From the NCBI GenBank assembly GCA_038087875.1, contig JAXLNO010000460.1, positions 1-64,000 of the forward strand: a DNA stretch of 64,000 bases, given 5' to 3'. Source of the stretch: Malacoraja senta (taxonomy: Eukaryota). The first letter of the stretch is position 1. Every line of letters begins with the position of its first letter. A program made the translations under genes and the position numbers. The notes under the pieces are model-generated. The model saw nothing but the letters and a program-made list of their open reading frames with translations, did not search any database and was not told where the DNA came from. Below, one piece after another: positions 13,349-25,365 of this stretch.

Positions 13349-14530
13349 AGGGGCTGTCCCACTTGGGCGACCTAATCCGCGAGTTCTGGCGAGTTTGCCC
13401 TCGACTCATACTCGCAGCATGGTCGACACGAGGTCGTAGGAGGTCTTTGTTAAGGCTCTGTCTTACCTGTTTGCGGTCATCGGCGGTGAAGCGCGGTGTC
13501 GCCGGTAGCGAGGACCGCGCGGCAACGGCGAGAGCGTCGAGCCTATCCACCGGAGCGCCGCACGGATGTTGCGCGGGGGCCGAGTTAATTCAAACACGGC
13601 GGGTCCCACGTGCTTGCGGTAAGTAAAAAAAGGGCGGGCCGACTGCGATGACGTCGGCCCGCTGCACGTGACTCACCAGCGGCGGCTGTGGCGGCGGCCA
13701 TCCTGATCGCGGCGCTGTAGCGGTGGCTGTGACTGCGGCCGCGCAGCACACGTGCCTCACTGGCGGCGGCACGTGCCTCACTGGCGGAGGCTGTGGCAGA
13801 GGAGGTTTGACGCACGGCGCTCGACCCACACTGGCGGCGGCCCGTGCGAGCGGCCGTGCCGCACTTGTGCATCACTGGTGGAGGTTGTGCGGTGAGTATT
13901 TAGTTTTGGACATTGTTGATTTTATTTTAGCACCGCGCGGTGTTGGGAACACCGCCGCACGGCCCGGGAATTGTACTTTCTCACGAGTGCGCGGTCTATG
14001 GCGGCAGATTCCTCCCGTTTCGCCGCCATAGACCGCAGACTCGTGAGACAGGCCTTTAACTCTCCTTCATGCTCAAGAGTAGTCCCCGTGTACTCGAGGC
14101 ATCAGCTAGGTCGCGGCGTATTTTTCAACAGGTTGAAAAATGCCCACAAGTAAAAAATGGTCGCCATGGAAAAAATCGATACTTTTTTTACTTGTAGGTT
14201 TAGTCATAGTAGGTTGTAGTAGGTCGGCATGTTAATCGTAGGTAATCGAGGGTAGTCGAAGGTAGTCGAAGTTAGTCATAGATAGTCTTCATCATAGTCG
14301 AAGGGAGGTCGAAGGGAGATCGAAGGGAGATCGAAGGAGGTCGTCTTCACTCTCCACTACTCAGTGTCCAATTTTCCCGAAAGTTAGTCGTAGCTAGTCG
14401 TAGCCAGTCAAAGCTAGTCTTCAACATAGTCGAAGGAGGTCTTCTACATAGTCAAAGGAGGTCTTCAACATGACATTTTTTCAAACTCTCCTAAACTTGC
14501 CAATTAGGTCACCCAAGTGGGACAGCCCCT
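13349..14530. mobile_element. PIF/Harbinger-type non-autonomous DNA transposon (outer element)
   Basis: TIRs AGGGGCTGTCCCACTTGGGcGACCTAAT / ATTAGGTCaCCCAAGTGGGACAGCCCCT; TAA/AAA flanks; subterminal gtcgtag/gtcgaagg repeats; shares sequence with 33426-34646. Confidence 0.8.
13453..14056. mobile_element. Second Harbinger-type MITE nested in the first
   Basis: Imperfect ~38-bp TIRs (aggctctgtcttacctgtttgcggtcatcggcggtgaa vs rc aggcctgtctcacgagtctgcggtctatggcggcgaa); TAA on both sides; very GC/CpG-rich interior. Confidence 0.7.
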
Positions 14531-15392
14531 AAATATCACTGATATTTTTGTGCCTCTGGTCCATGTTGATATCTAATTAACATTACGTCTGATATCCTTT
14601 GTGTCCAAAAGCCTTCATATTTCAGGCTTGAAAACTTTCAAAGAATGCAGATTCACTTATCTGTGAGGTGGGGAAATTTAAAGGCTTCCAACTCATCCTG
14701 GTCCTAAATGAACTATGGATCCTGGTTTACAAAAAAGATACAAAGTGCTGGAGTAACATAGCGAGTCAGGTCGGTTCGATGCTGAAGACGGATCCTGACC
14801 TGAAACGCCACCTGTCTTTTTCTGGTCTTATGCTCTGATCCTGAATCTTTGTTCTTCTGCTTAAATCACACAGCTGGAGGAAGCATTCTCTTGGTGTTTG
14901 CCTTGCCAATCCTTCCCAGAATCGCATACCTCTCAAAGCTTTCTTGTACATTCCAGTGTGCATAGTTCATTCTAACTTGATCTGTCTTCATAGCCAACCA
15001 TCTCATCTCAGGGATCATACTGCAATGTATGTGCATATAATTTTTAATTACAGAAACCAAAGCTCTGTAAAATTACAGCAAGATACCTTTACAATATACT
15101 ACAAGCCTTTTGTAGGTGGTAATATATCACTTGACTTCCTGATTTCTAACTGTACCTACGTGTTTACTCCCCATGTTTCATGAGCCAGTTGGAAGGTCCG
15201 AACCATTGAAATCTGTCACCCACTGCAGTACTAACGGCAGTCTGAGAAGAGTGAGAGGAGGTTTTTGCAATTGGTTCCCATTTTATATGAACATTCATGC
15301 ACCTGTCTCCTTCCAGGTTGGAGATGAATTTAATTGTAAATTATCGCAATGGATCCAGCGTTAGATGTAAGGAAGGCTACCAATGCTTTCTT

Positions 15393-15557
15393 TGTAGAAA
15401 GGATGCTGGTTTACACTGAAGATAGATACAAAATGCTGGAGTAAATCAATAGGTCATTTTGGGTTGAGACCCTTCTTCCGACTGGCAAAGGTTTCGACCT
15501 GTAAAGTCACCTATTCCTTTTCTCCGGCTGAGTTACTCCAGCATTTTGTGTCTATCT
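15393..15557. mobile_element. Palindromic Penelope pLTR-derived mini-element
   Basis: agatagatacaaaatgctggagta ... tactccagcattttgtgtctatct inverted arms. Confidence 0.65.
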
Positions 15558-15839
15558 GCTGATGCTCTCTGGTTGAAGAGAAACAGCTATATTTCTCTCT
15601 CCTGTCTGAACTGTGAAAGAAGAGCCAACAGGTGATTGTAATTCCAGACAGTCCCATGGTGTACAGCATTCTTCAGTACAGACCATTGCCTTCCAGTCAA
15701 TGAATGTTAACTTTTCCTGCATTCAGATTCATAGAGAGCCACAGTACAGAAACAGGCCCATCAGCCCACTAAATTAGTGCTATCCATTAACCACCCATTT
15801 ACACTAATCAAAAGCCATGAATCAAGAGTGTTTAATTAT

Positions 15840-16880
15840 TAGGTATGTTACAAAACTTACCTTCAGTCGCGCTGTAATTCTGCCACTGGCCGTGTGCGCG
15901 ATTTTGGCGCCTTTAAGGGGGGGGCGGGGTTAAAACGCGGTTTATCCTCCCTTGTCCTGGAAATATTTTGTTGGAGTACAAAACTTCGCTGACAAAATCG
16001 TTCCTACCGGCGTTTTGTGAATTTTTTTTTAAAATTAAATCGTCAATGTCAGCGCTACAGTCATTTTAAAAGCAGCTCCTGAAGCGTCAACGCCAATAAC
16101 GGGGACGGATTTCACACAATGGACAGGTAAACGAAAGTGCTTTCTTTAAATGTATAAAAGTGCTTCTTAAGAAGCCTTTAATTCACATTTTGTCATGCGA
16201 CACGGTGATTTTATTCCCCGAACTAACGGCAGTATTTTTCATGCCAATACGGGGTTAAATTCACCGCAAATCAACGTTCCAAAAGATCGCGTTCCAGAAA
16301 TTCTCACTCGCAAGATGAATTAAATCCCCATTAATTTACAGGTATTAAACATTCAATTCCTTCCATTTGGCCTGTAAATTCATGAAAATTAGATTTAAAA
16401 ATTATGTTATATTGTGAATTATTGTGTGAATGTTATTTGGACACTTAGGCTATTTAAAAATGTTAATCTATTCTTAAGAAATTGATAGATGTTTAGATCT
16501 AGTAATTGAATTTTGTAATTAGCTACAATTAGGTAACTAACTAATTATATGCTTTACTTTCATGTCTTCGAAATAAGATTGTTTCATATTTGTTTCAGAA
16601 TGCTTCAATCTATAATACCTGAAAATTTCTTTCAGTTACCATAATTTTTAAGAAAGTTATGGGCTTTTAACTGTCCTCGATCACAGCTTTTGTGTTAAGT
16701 CAATGGAAAAGCAATAGGGAACTAGATGCTAATTTCTGAGTATGATAATGGCCATAACTTTTTTAATACTGAAGATATGAAAGTGAATTAAGTGTCAAAT
16801 TAAACTTCTTTTTATGCTTTATCTGATGGGATAAATTGCAGACTTTATTTTTTAAATCTCAAAATTTTGTAACATTGCTA
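15840..16880. mobile_element. Non-autonomous TIR DNA transposon (superfamily unassigned), inserted in a Rex1-type tail
   Basis: TIRs TAGgtATGTTACAAAA / TTTTGTAACATtgCTA; 7-bp TSD TAATTAT (15833-15839 / 16881-16887); flanks rejoin into a Rex-like tail (gagtgtttaattatcatatgtacc...). Confidence 0.75.
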
Positions 16881-17139
16881 TAATTATCATATGTACCAAA
16901 ACAGAACAATAAAATCCTTACTTGCAGCAGTATTATGAGTCTGTAAACACAATATTCGATGGATAACGTAATGAAACAAACAAAAAAGAGTTTATTAAAT
17001 TAAAAAATGCAATATTAGTGTTAGGCAAAACAAAAGCCTGAAGTCCTGAGTGCAACTCCCTTGTAGTTCGAAGTTTTATTGGTGTTTGCAGTGTTCAATA
17101 GCCTGATGGTTGAAAATAACTCATTTTTTATTCTCCCCA

Positions 17140-17336
17140 AAACACTATCACTCACTTACTCTCTAGGAACAATTTCACAGCCTACCAACTTGCAAGTCTT
17201 TTGGATGTGGGAGGAAACCAATGCAGTCACAAAGAAAATGTGCATACTCCACATAGACAGCACCAGAGGTTAGGATTGAACCTGAGGCTTTGTACTATAA
17301 AGCAGTGGTTCTACTAACTGCAATATTCTGCTGCCC
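17140..17336 (-). mobile_element. HE1-type V-SINE, partial and degenerate
   Basis: ggatgtgggaggaaacc...actccacatagacagcaccagagg V-domain/head, reverse strand. Confidence 0.65.
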
Positions 17337-18080
17337 AAGGACAGAGCTAATAAAGAACATCCACAGGTTAATGCCTGGCTACAGTCACAATGCTACCCAT
17401 TGTGTGACAATTGTTCACCCACTTGTGCCAGGAGCAAGCAGTGAAACTCACTAGTGTGTCTCTCCACGGCCATTAATTGGCTGTCGCGTATTCTCGTGCT
17501 AGCATGGCACTGGAACCTCTGGGAAAAGTCAGCACGGTCCAGCCCATTGCTGCCACCTGGAGTAAACATTGAGCAATTTAACCAGTCACTATAAAACCAA
17601 GCCTGAGATAGCACAATCAGTAAGTTTGCAGATGACGCTATGACTAATGGAGTTGTTGACCATACGAGACTCTTAAGCTACAGGGTGATATTGATGTGTT
17701 GGCGAAATGGGCTGAGAAATGGCAGGTGAAGTTTAATTTAGATAAGTGTGAGTTATGCAGCTAGGAGTACTAATAAGGCTTAGAGCATACACCATGAATG
17801 GTAATGGTTTTGGAAGTATTGAGAAATAGAGAAATCTTAGTGTGCAAGTCCAAAGATCCTTTAAGGTATCAGTACAGACAGATATTGTGTTTAAAAAAAG
17901 GTACAAAAATTGGCCATCATTGGTCAGAGCAGTGCACATGAGGAGAGGAGTTATGCATCATGCTTCATAAAACATTGGTGCAATCTCAACTGGAATAGTG
18001 CATGCAGTTCTGGTCACCGTACAACAGGAAGGAAATGATAGCCCTGGAGAGGGCAGAAAGGAGAATCACCGGGATACTCG

Positions 18081-19247
18081 GTGATATGCATGGGCCCCAG
18101 CTACGCCTGCCTCTTTGTCGGGTACGTAGAACAATCCTTGTTCAATGCATACCAGGGCCCCATCCCCGACCTCTACCTCCGCTACATCGATGACTGTTTT
18201 GGTGCCACATCCTGCACCCACACACAACTGACTGACTTCATCCGCTTCACCACCAACTTCCATCCGGCACTCAAATACACCTGGACCATTTCCGACACTT
18301 CCCTACCATTCCTTGACCTCACTATCTCTATCGCAGGTGATAGACTTCTTACCGACATCCACTACAAACCTACCGACTCCCATGGCTATCTGGACTACAC
18401 TTCTTCCCACCCTGCTTCCTGTAAGGACTCCATCCCCCACTCCCAATTCCTCCGTCTACGCCGCATCTGCTCCCAGGATGAGGCGTTCCACACCAGGGCA
18501 TCCGAAATGTCCTCATTCTTCAGGGAACGGGGGTTCCCCTCCTCCACCATAGATGAGGCTCGCACCAGGGTCTCTGCCATACCCCGCAACACTGCTCTCT
18601 CTCCCCATCCCCCCACTCACAACAAGGGCAGAGTCCCCCTAGTCCTCACCTTTCACCCCACCAGCCGTCACACACAACAAGTGATCCTCCGTCAGTTTCG
18701 CCACCTCCAACGTGACCCCACCACTCGCCACATCTTCCCATCTCCCCCCATGTCTGCCTTCCGCAAAGACCGCTCCCTCCATAACTCCCTTGTCAATTCT
18801 TCCCTTCCCTCCCATACCACCCCCTCCCCGGGTACTTTCCCTTGCAACCGCAAGAAATGCAACACTTGCCCCTTCACCTCCCCCCTCGACTCCATTCAAG
18901 GACCTAAGCAGTCATTCCAGGTGCGACAGAGGTTCACCTGCATCTCCTCCAACCTCATCTATTGCATCCGCTGCTCTAGATGCCAGCTGATCTACATCGG
19001 TGAGACCAAGCGGAGGCTTGGCGATCGTTTCGCCGAACACCTCCGGTTGGTCCGCAATAACCAACCTGACCTCCCGGTGGCTCAGCACTTCAACTCCCCC
19101 TCCCATTCCGTATCTGACCTCTCTGTCCTGGGTCTCCTCCATGGCCACAGCGAGCAACACCGGAAATTGGAGGAAATGCACCTCATATTCCGCTTGGGCA
19201 GTCTACATCCTGGGGGCTTGAACATTGAATTCTCCCAATTCTGCTAG
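18081..19247 (+). CDS. Penelope RT (partial) + Cys-rich linker + GIY-YIG endonuclease
   Basis: MGPSYA, YLRYIDD, LPFLD, YKPTD..YL...SSHP, SQFLRLRRICS, CNRKKCNTC, NLIYCIRC..C..IYIGET, PVAQHFN, GLN; uninterrupted 388 aa but N-terminally truncated. Confidence 0.9.
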   Translation: MICMGPSYACLFVGYVEQSLFNAYQGPIPDLYLRYIDDCFGATSCTHTQLTDFIRFTTNFHPALKYTWTISDTSLPFLDLTISIAGDRLLTDIHYKPTDSHGYLDYTSSHPASCKDSIPHSQFLRLRRICSQDEAFHTRASEMSSFFRERGFPSSTIDEARTRVSAIPRNTALSPHPPTHNKGRVPLVLTFHPTSRHTQQVILRQFRHLQRDPTTRHIFPSPPMSAFRKDRSLHNSLVNSSLPSHTTPSPGTFPCNRKKCNTCPFTSPLDSIQGPKQSFQVRQRFTCISSNLIYCIRCSRCQLIYIGETKRRLGDRFAEHLRLVRNNQPDLPVAQHFNSPSHSVSDLSVLGLLHGHSEQHRKLEEMHLIFRLGSLHPGGLNIEFSQFC

Positions 19248-19365
19248 CCCTTGCTGTCCCCTCCCCTTCATCAGCCCTCTGGTTGTCTCCTCCCCTCCCC
19301 CAGCCCTCGGGCTCCTCCTCCGCCTTTTTTCCTTTTTTCCTTTCTTCTCCCCACCCCCTATCAGT

Positions 19366-19393
19366 CTGAAGAAGGGTTTCGGCCCGAAACGTT
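19366..19393 (+). ncRNA. Minimal type-I hammerhead ribozyme core in Penelope pLTR
   Basis: CTGAAGA-a-GGG tttcgg CCC-GAAA-CG-TT; palindromic ACGT stem III. Confidence 0.6.
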
Positions 19394-19624
19394 TCCTTCG
19401 CTCCATAGATGCTGCTGCACCCGCTGAGTTTCTCCAGCATTTTTGTGTACCATCACCGGGATACTGCCTGGGATGGAGTGTTTTAGTTATGAGGAAGGAA
19501 TGTAATGTTTTGGTTATGAGGAGAGACTGGGGAGGCAAGGTCTGTTTTCCCTGGAACTGAGGTGGTTAAGAGGTGATGTCATGAGCTTTGAGGTAAATTA
19601 TGTGGAGCATAGATGGGGTAAGAC

Positions 19625-19855
19625 TGTAGTAATGCTGGTTTATAAAAAAAGACACCAAGTGCCAGAGTAACTCAGCAGGTCAGGCAGCAGCTCTGCAGAA
19701 CTTGGATAAGTGACATTTCAGGTCAGCACCCTCCTTCAGACTGATCCGCCTAAGCCACCATCAGTCTGCAGAAGGATTCCAACCTGAAACATTACCATAT
19801 CCATATTCTCCACAGCTGCTGCCTGACCCACTGAGTTACTCCAGCACTGTGTTTC
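19625..19855. mobile_element. Palindromic Penelope pLTR-derived mini-element
   Basis: Two inverted pLTR halves (gagtaactcagcaggtcaggcagcagct / agctgctgcctgacccactgagttactc) meeting at cagactgat...atcagtctg. Confidence 0.7.
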
Positions 19856-20477
19856 AATTTGTTAATGATTTAGGTAAGATTTTTTTTAAACTAAGAAACG
19901 AAATAACAAAACTGTCAATGCCTTGTCTTCCTCTTGAATTTGTCAGCAGTGTATCTTTATTCTGTACCATAATGGTCCAGTTGGAAGCAATTATTCTGCA
20001 TAACTATTGCCATTTCATTTAGTGTCAGTGATATAATTGAGTAAGTGCACTCAGTGAGGAGGACATTTATGAGAAATCTGTTGATTCAACACATGCCAGT
20101 TTTGTAAAAAGTAAACAATGCTAATTTGTGAATTTGTGTAATAATTACTCATCAAGATTAAATCAAGAAAATGTCAATTTTCAAATGTCAAGGTTCTCCA
20201 TAAATAAAACAGCCTGGTAATCCGACTGACCTGGTATATATTAGTGACATCCAGATTTAGTGTTGCCTGAACTGGACAGCCCCTTCAGAGATGCATTATG
20301 ATCTGCATTTTATTCGTATTAATTTCATCACAGAATGTGGGCATTGCTAGTGTAACTTGCATCCATTGTCCACCCCTATCATCCTCTGAACTGAGGAACA
20401 GTTGAAAATAAATACATTGGTGAATTTGGAGTCACAGGTCAAAGCAGGTAACCAGACATTTCCAAATATCTTTCAAA

Positions 20478-20905
20478 CACAGAAAGAGGCTGTTTGGCCC
20501 ATTGAGTCCATGACAACCAGACTTCCATCAATTCTCTCTCAATTCTACCACCTGTCTACTCCTGAGGAGCAATTTGCAATGCAAAGTTTACCTGCCAAAC
20601 GGCATTGCTTTGGGATGTGGGAGGTAACTGGAGAATCTGTAAGAAATCTCATGCGATCACAGGGAAAACGTACAAAACCCAAGCAGACAGCACCAGAGGT
20701 CAGAATGGGACCCGAATTACAGGAGGAGTGAGGATGCAACTCTACCAGTTAATACTGAAGAAGGGTCCCAACCCAAAACATCACCTATCCATGTTCTCCG
20801 GAGATGCTGCCTGACATTCTGAGTTAATCAACCACACTGTGTCTTTTTTGTAAACCAGCATCTGCAGTTCCTTATGTCTACTGGTTGTACCATTATGCTG
20901 TCCCT
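20478..20905 (-). mobile_element. HE1-type V-SINE interrupted by a pLTR fragment (~20752-20882, +)
   Basis: V-domain gggatgtgggagg..; pLTR ctgaagaagggtcccaacccaaaacatcacc...catctgcagttcct. Confidence 0.65.
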
Positions 20906-21538
20906 TAGGATAACAAGGGCATACTTCCTTCTATAAAGGAAATTAATGAACCAGATGGATATTTACAGCAATTCAACAGTTTCATGGCTCCTGTAAATAA
21001 GACTAGCTTTTGATTTAAATTTTAGATTCTTTTAATTACTTGAATTTAAATTCCCAGGTGCCATGATGGGATTCAAACTCGAGTCTACGCATCAATAGTC
21101 CAGAACTCTGGCTGCTCATCACTTTGTGCAGCTAATTATTTCTGTACTGCTTGTTTGATACATATTGTATTTCAAGGTTAATTTATACTTTTGCTGAAAT
21201 CAACAGAAATAAAAAATCAATCGGGTTCTAAAATAAGTGTCAATCTGATCCCCCATTTTCCTATCCAGGCAGTGAAGGTGAAGAACTCTTCAATTGGATT
21301 TTGTAGAGCAATACAAGGATTACTCAGGAGAAAGAGAGACCGAGGGAATGTGGTGTGAGATAGTACGAGGACATTCTCACATGATTTCAGGAACATTTAT
21401 TTCCTTTGCTGAGATTTTTGAATTTGTTGGTCAAGTAAAATTTTTTTTTGTAAGGTTGCCTTACAAAATTCATCCCAGTGCCTTTCTCTGGTACTTGTTA
21501 GTTTCTCAGCTGAAATAAAAAAATATCATACATGTGTG

Positions 21539-21902
21539 AAAGACACAAAATACTGGAGCAACTCAACGAGACAGGCAGCATCTCTGGATAGAAGGAATGG
21601 GTGACGTTTCGGGTCGAGACCCTTCTTCAGACTGAGACTCAGGGGAGAGGGAGACACAGAGATATGAAAGGGTAAGGCGTGAAAATGAGACATCAAGGGG
21701 GACGAAGGTCAAGGAAAATGTAGAATAGATCATTGTTAGCTAGGGAAAGTTGACAACGAAGCATACAAAGATAAAATGTAATCAGGAGGACAGTCAGACT
21801 GGTCGGAGAACTAGGATGGGGGAGGGATGGAGAGAGAGGGATAGCAAGGGTTACTTGAAGTTAAATTTGTCAATATTCATACCACTGCCCAAACAAAAGA
21901 TA
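21539..21902 (-). mobile_element. Penelope 3' UTR/pLTR fragment with canonical-site hammerhead core
   Basis: Reverse complement of 21603-21630 = CTGAAGA-A-GGGT-CTCG-ACCC-GAAACGTC; possible TSD ACATGTGTG (21530-21538 / 21903-21911). Confidence 0.75.
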
Positions 21903-22224
21903 ACATGTGTGTTGCTCATAGTCCAACATATCTACATGCCTGTCCCCAGCTGGCAATTGTTCTGATGATCTCAATGCACTCATGCTGATATTTAGGCAAC
22001 TAATTGTCTTAACATGGAACAGCCCACAATGTTTGTGCTGAACATGATGCCAAGTTAAACTAATCTAATCTGCCAATACATGATCCATGTCCCTCTAACT
22101 ACTTGCACTCCATGTGCTTCTCAAAAAGCCTCTTAAACAGCACTATCAAATCTTGATGCAGGAATGGTTAATAAAGTGGAAAATAACAATGGCTTTCTCA
22201 AGCAGAATCACTTGATGCTTGGAA

Positions 22225-22370
22225 AGTAACACTCTTCCACCCCTCATTGATAAGACTCTGGATTCAGTCTCATTCCAGAGAGGTGAGTACAAAAATCTAG
22301 GCTGACACTTCAGTGTAATACTGAGAGAGTGCATTACTGTTCAGGCATGACTTTGAACAAAAGCTTCAAT
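22225..22370 (+). mobile_element. Shark-type DeuSINE fragment
   Basis: cattccagagaggtgagtacaaaaatctaggctgacacttcagtgtaatactgagagagtgc. Confidence 0.55.
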
Positions 22371-25049
22371 TTCCTTCAAAAAAGTCGACAAGCACTTTAT
22401 TGGGTTCATGACTGACATAGTATCAACAAAAAATATAAGAAAAGATAGTATATTGATGGCAAGTTTCTGAAAATGGCTTCAGAATACACAAATAATGATA
22501 ATGTTTTATTATTAATGTTTATTGTTTTATGTGTCATTCCTAACTGTAACTGTATGTGATGTTGTCACTTGTGGGCGGAGCACCAAGGCAAATTCCTTGT
22601 ATGTGATTACTTGGCCAATAAACTTATTTATTCATTCAAATAGATTTTGTGTAATGGTTATCGCGTGGTCTTCACCAGTGACCTGGTTGGATCAGCAAGT
22701 GCACATATTTCTTATTCCTTTCTATGTTTATGAATACCACATAGAACAATAAAATTGCAAATACTGTATCCACTTCATTCACCTGATCATGTAGTAGAAT
22801 ATTGCATCCAGCTGAGTGGACAACGCAATGCACATTACACATCATACACGCAAACGTACGTTGTGGTGGACACTCAAAGGTTTGGTGTCCCAGAAAACGA
22901 ATGTTACATTATTGGTGAAAACCAAACATTTTCACCAATGTGATTGAAATGTTACATTACCTTATGGACTTGAGCTATATCGATGGCCAATGATTCATCA
23001 GAAGGTTTGATTTGGGATGATTTTTTAGTAAGTAAAATGTCTCCGTAATGGTCGTTGTGGAGCCTCTGGAAGTTGACACGAAGGAATGAAGTTAGCAACT
23101 AGGTCCGTACGAAAGGTAAACGAGAGACAATGGGTTGCCAATTTGAATATTGGCTCAGTTTCTTAATTTTGATGATCAATTTTTGACCAAAACATTTTTT
23201 AAATTGATTTTTAAAAGACAGAAAATATATCGTAAATGGTCGTTGCGTTTTTGACACCATGATGTTTTTGATATATTAAATTGGAAAATAAGAAAAAATA
23301 ATTAACTCGCCCAAAAATCGCTACTACCATAGGATACCTTGTTGGGTTTTTGAAAAGCATTAGAGATTTGGAACCTCTGTGGTGTAACTTACGGAGGTAC
23401 CGACCCCGATGGCGGTCGTTGTGACAATGGACACCAAGCACAACGACCGTTACGGGATCTTAGCGAGGCGGAATACCAGACATGTTACTGTATTTTTCTC
23501 CTGGTATTGATGAAGATATTTCCCTAGATCATTATCGAAACATATATGCATGAGGGGCCATATGAAGTTTATTTTTGAATTAAATATTCATGACTAAATG
23601 TGGCAGCGTTTTTAATGTCACATTTTTGCTGTCCAAAATGGTGGTAAAACGATGAAAATGTGTCTGTTATGAAAAAAGTTGTTGACTTTCAGTCTTGAAG
23701 TTATCTAATTTATATCTGTTATTTGTAAGGTTTGACGATAGGTAGATTTTTGTTAAGAACAGTGTAATGGTGTAAAAACCTGAATAATAATCTCGTTCCT
23801 CAAAATCTCTCCAGTATTGTAAAAAGACTCATTTGCAATGATATATGATCTTAATCAATCTATCCTGTTCACTGTTATCATGATTGTGGTCTGATGCATT
23901 TATTAACTTCAATTACTTCATTGAGCACGAAACAATATGGATTATCCATTCATTACTGTCTGGGCCACCACATTAATTCAGGACATTTACTGATTGACAG
24001 CTACCACATTTTCACAACTGCAAATTGAAGGTTCTTTATGTTCTTGGACTTTACACTTAAACTTTAACAGTAAATAGCAAAAACGTATTGCATAGAAACA
24101 AACATAGCACATAATTTGTTTTAAATATTCAAAAAGTAATTGCTAGTTATCCTCAAAATGCTTATTTATCGGTGTATTGTGGTGTTGTAGCTGATAATTC
24201 TGCTGTTTAAAATTGATAAAATAATCAAAGTGGCACAAGTTGGAAATTACTTGCTACAAACATTGTTTATCGGGATTATTTGCCATTGATCAAAGTCTCT
24301 CGTGGCCATTTTACCCCTTAAATCTTTGTCTGTAAAATATATCAATTAATGGATCCATATCATTCAACAAGCAAATGGAGGGTGGGTAGTGGATAATGGA
24401 TAACTCAGGGTAACTCACTGGCTCAGAATTACTCATTGTATTCAATTTCTACCGATGTATATAATTTACTTATTTTAATTTAAAATCTTACTGGAATTTA
24501 CTGTTATGATTTTAAATTAAAGCACAGATTCAGATTTGCTTTATCTCATTCAGAATTTGTGAAAGATTCAATGTACTCCAGGGTATTTGAACTGTGGTGT
24601 AAAACAGAGACAATGTAAACAACAAATGAAGATGCATGTGAAAGATGGGCATTTAAATATTTTCAGTTTCTCTTCCAAGGTTATTGAAGACATGAAACAA
24701 AGCTAATGAAATATCACATTTTTTGGTCTAATGATTAACAGGTCTCAAAGGCAGAACTGAAGTAATGAGTTTCTTTCAATAAAGTAGTTAACATTTCGCA
24801 AACAGACAAAACAGAGGGAAAATAATTATTTCTTAACCAATCAACTCTAAAATGGTGATTTAATTTGTCATTGTATTTTTAAACTGCATTCCTTAATTAT
24901 GTCATAATTATCTAGTCACAGAGAAAGAGATCAGGTTTTTAAGTTGGACCTGTCATCATGCAATTGTGATAAATAACCCAAGAGAAATCAATCCAAAAAT
25001 AATTTAAAAGTTTTGCTTCTGATTAAACGTGCCATAGACATGTTGAAGA

Positions 25050-25365
25050 TAGTGAAGCTGTCTCATACAGTAGTTCCAATGATGTGAATTTGTTTCTGAC
25101 CTCCAACAAACTCTGTGTGGAGTTTCCACACTCTCCCTATGATCGTGCATGTTTCCCTTGGGTTCTCTGGTTTCCTCCCACATCTTCAAGATGTGCTTGC
25201 AAGTAGATTATCTCCAGTATACTGAGGGAAGGTGGTGCAAGAAACAATGGGCTAACAATGGGCTTGCATGATATCTTGGAATGCAGGGAATCAAATGGGG
25301 AATGTGACTGATGGATTATTCCGATAGCCGGCAGAAACATGATGGGCTGAATGGCCTACTCTCAC
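25050..25365 (+). mobile_element. HE1-type V-SINE, degenerate
   Basis: gtgtggagtttccacactctccct...ggtttcctcccacatc V-domain; tail gatgggctgaatggcctact. Confidence 0.6.

Larger units (their letters stand above)
18079..19451 (+). mobile_element. Penelope-like element (Neptune type), 5'-truncated, with pLTR
   Basis: 14-bp TSD ATCACCGGGATACT (18065-18078 / 19452-19465); RT + GIY-YIG ORF; pLTR with hammerhead core. Confidence 0.92.
17612..19622 (+). mobile_element. Degenerate CR1 LINE RT/C-terminal fragment, split by a Penelope insertion
   Basis: ISKFADD at ~17617; QFWSPYNRKEMIALERAERRITGIL continues as (L)PGMECFSYEE after 19465. Confidence 0.8.

Noticed and set aside
13338..14153. Cluster of overlapping GC-rich ORFs or a host CpG-island promoter
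   Set aside because: Lies entirely within nested TIR elements; the ORFs are low-complexity Ala/Arg products of high GC content
15300..15375. Candidate 50-nt exon (ttccag|...|gtaagg)
   Set aside because: Peptide not recognised and no supporting neighbouring exons; splice-like signals alone are insufficient
17540..17565. CTCF-like motif (rc ccaggtggcagca)
   Set aside because: Only the 3' half of the consensus matches; cannot be supported from sequence alone
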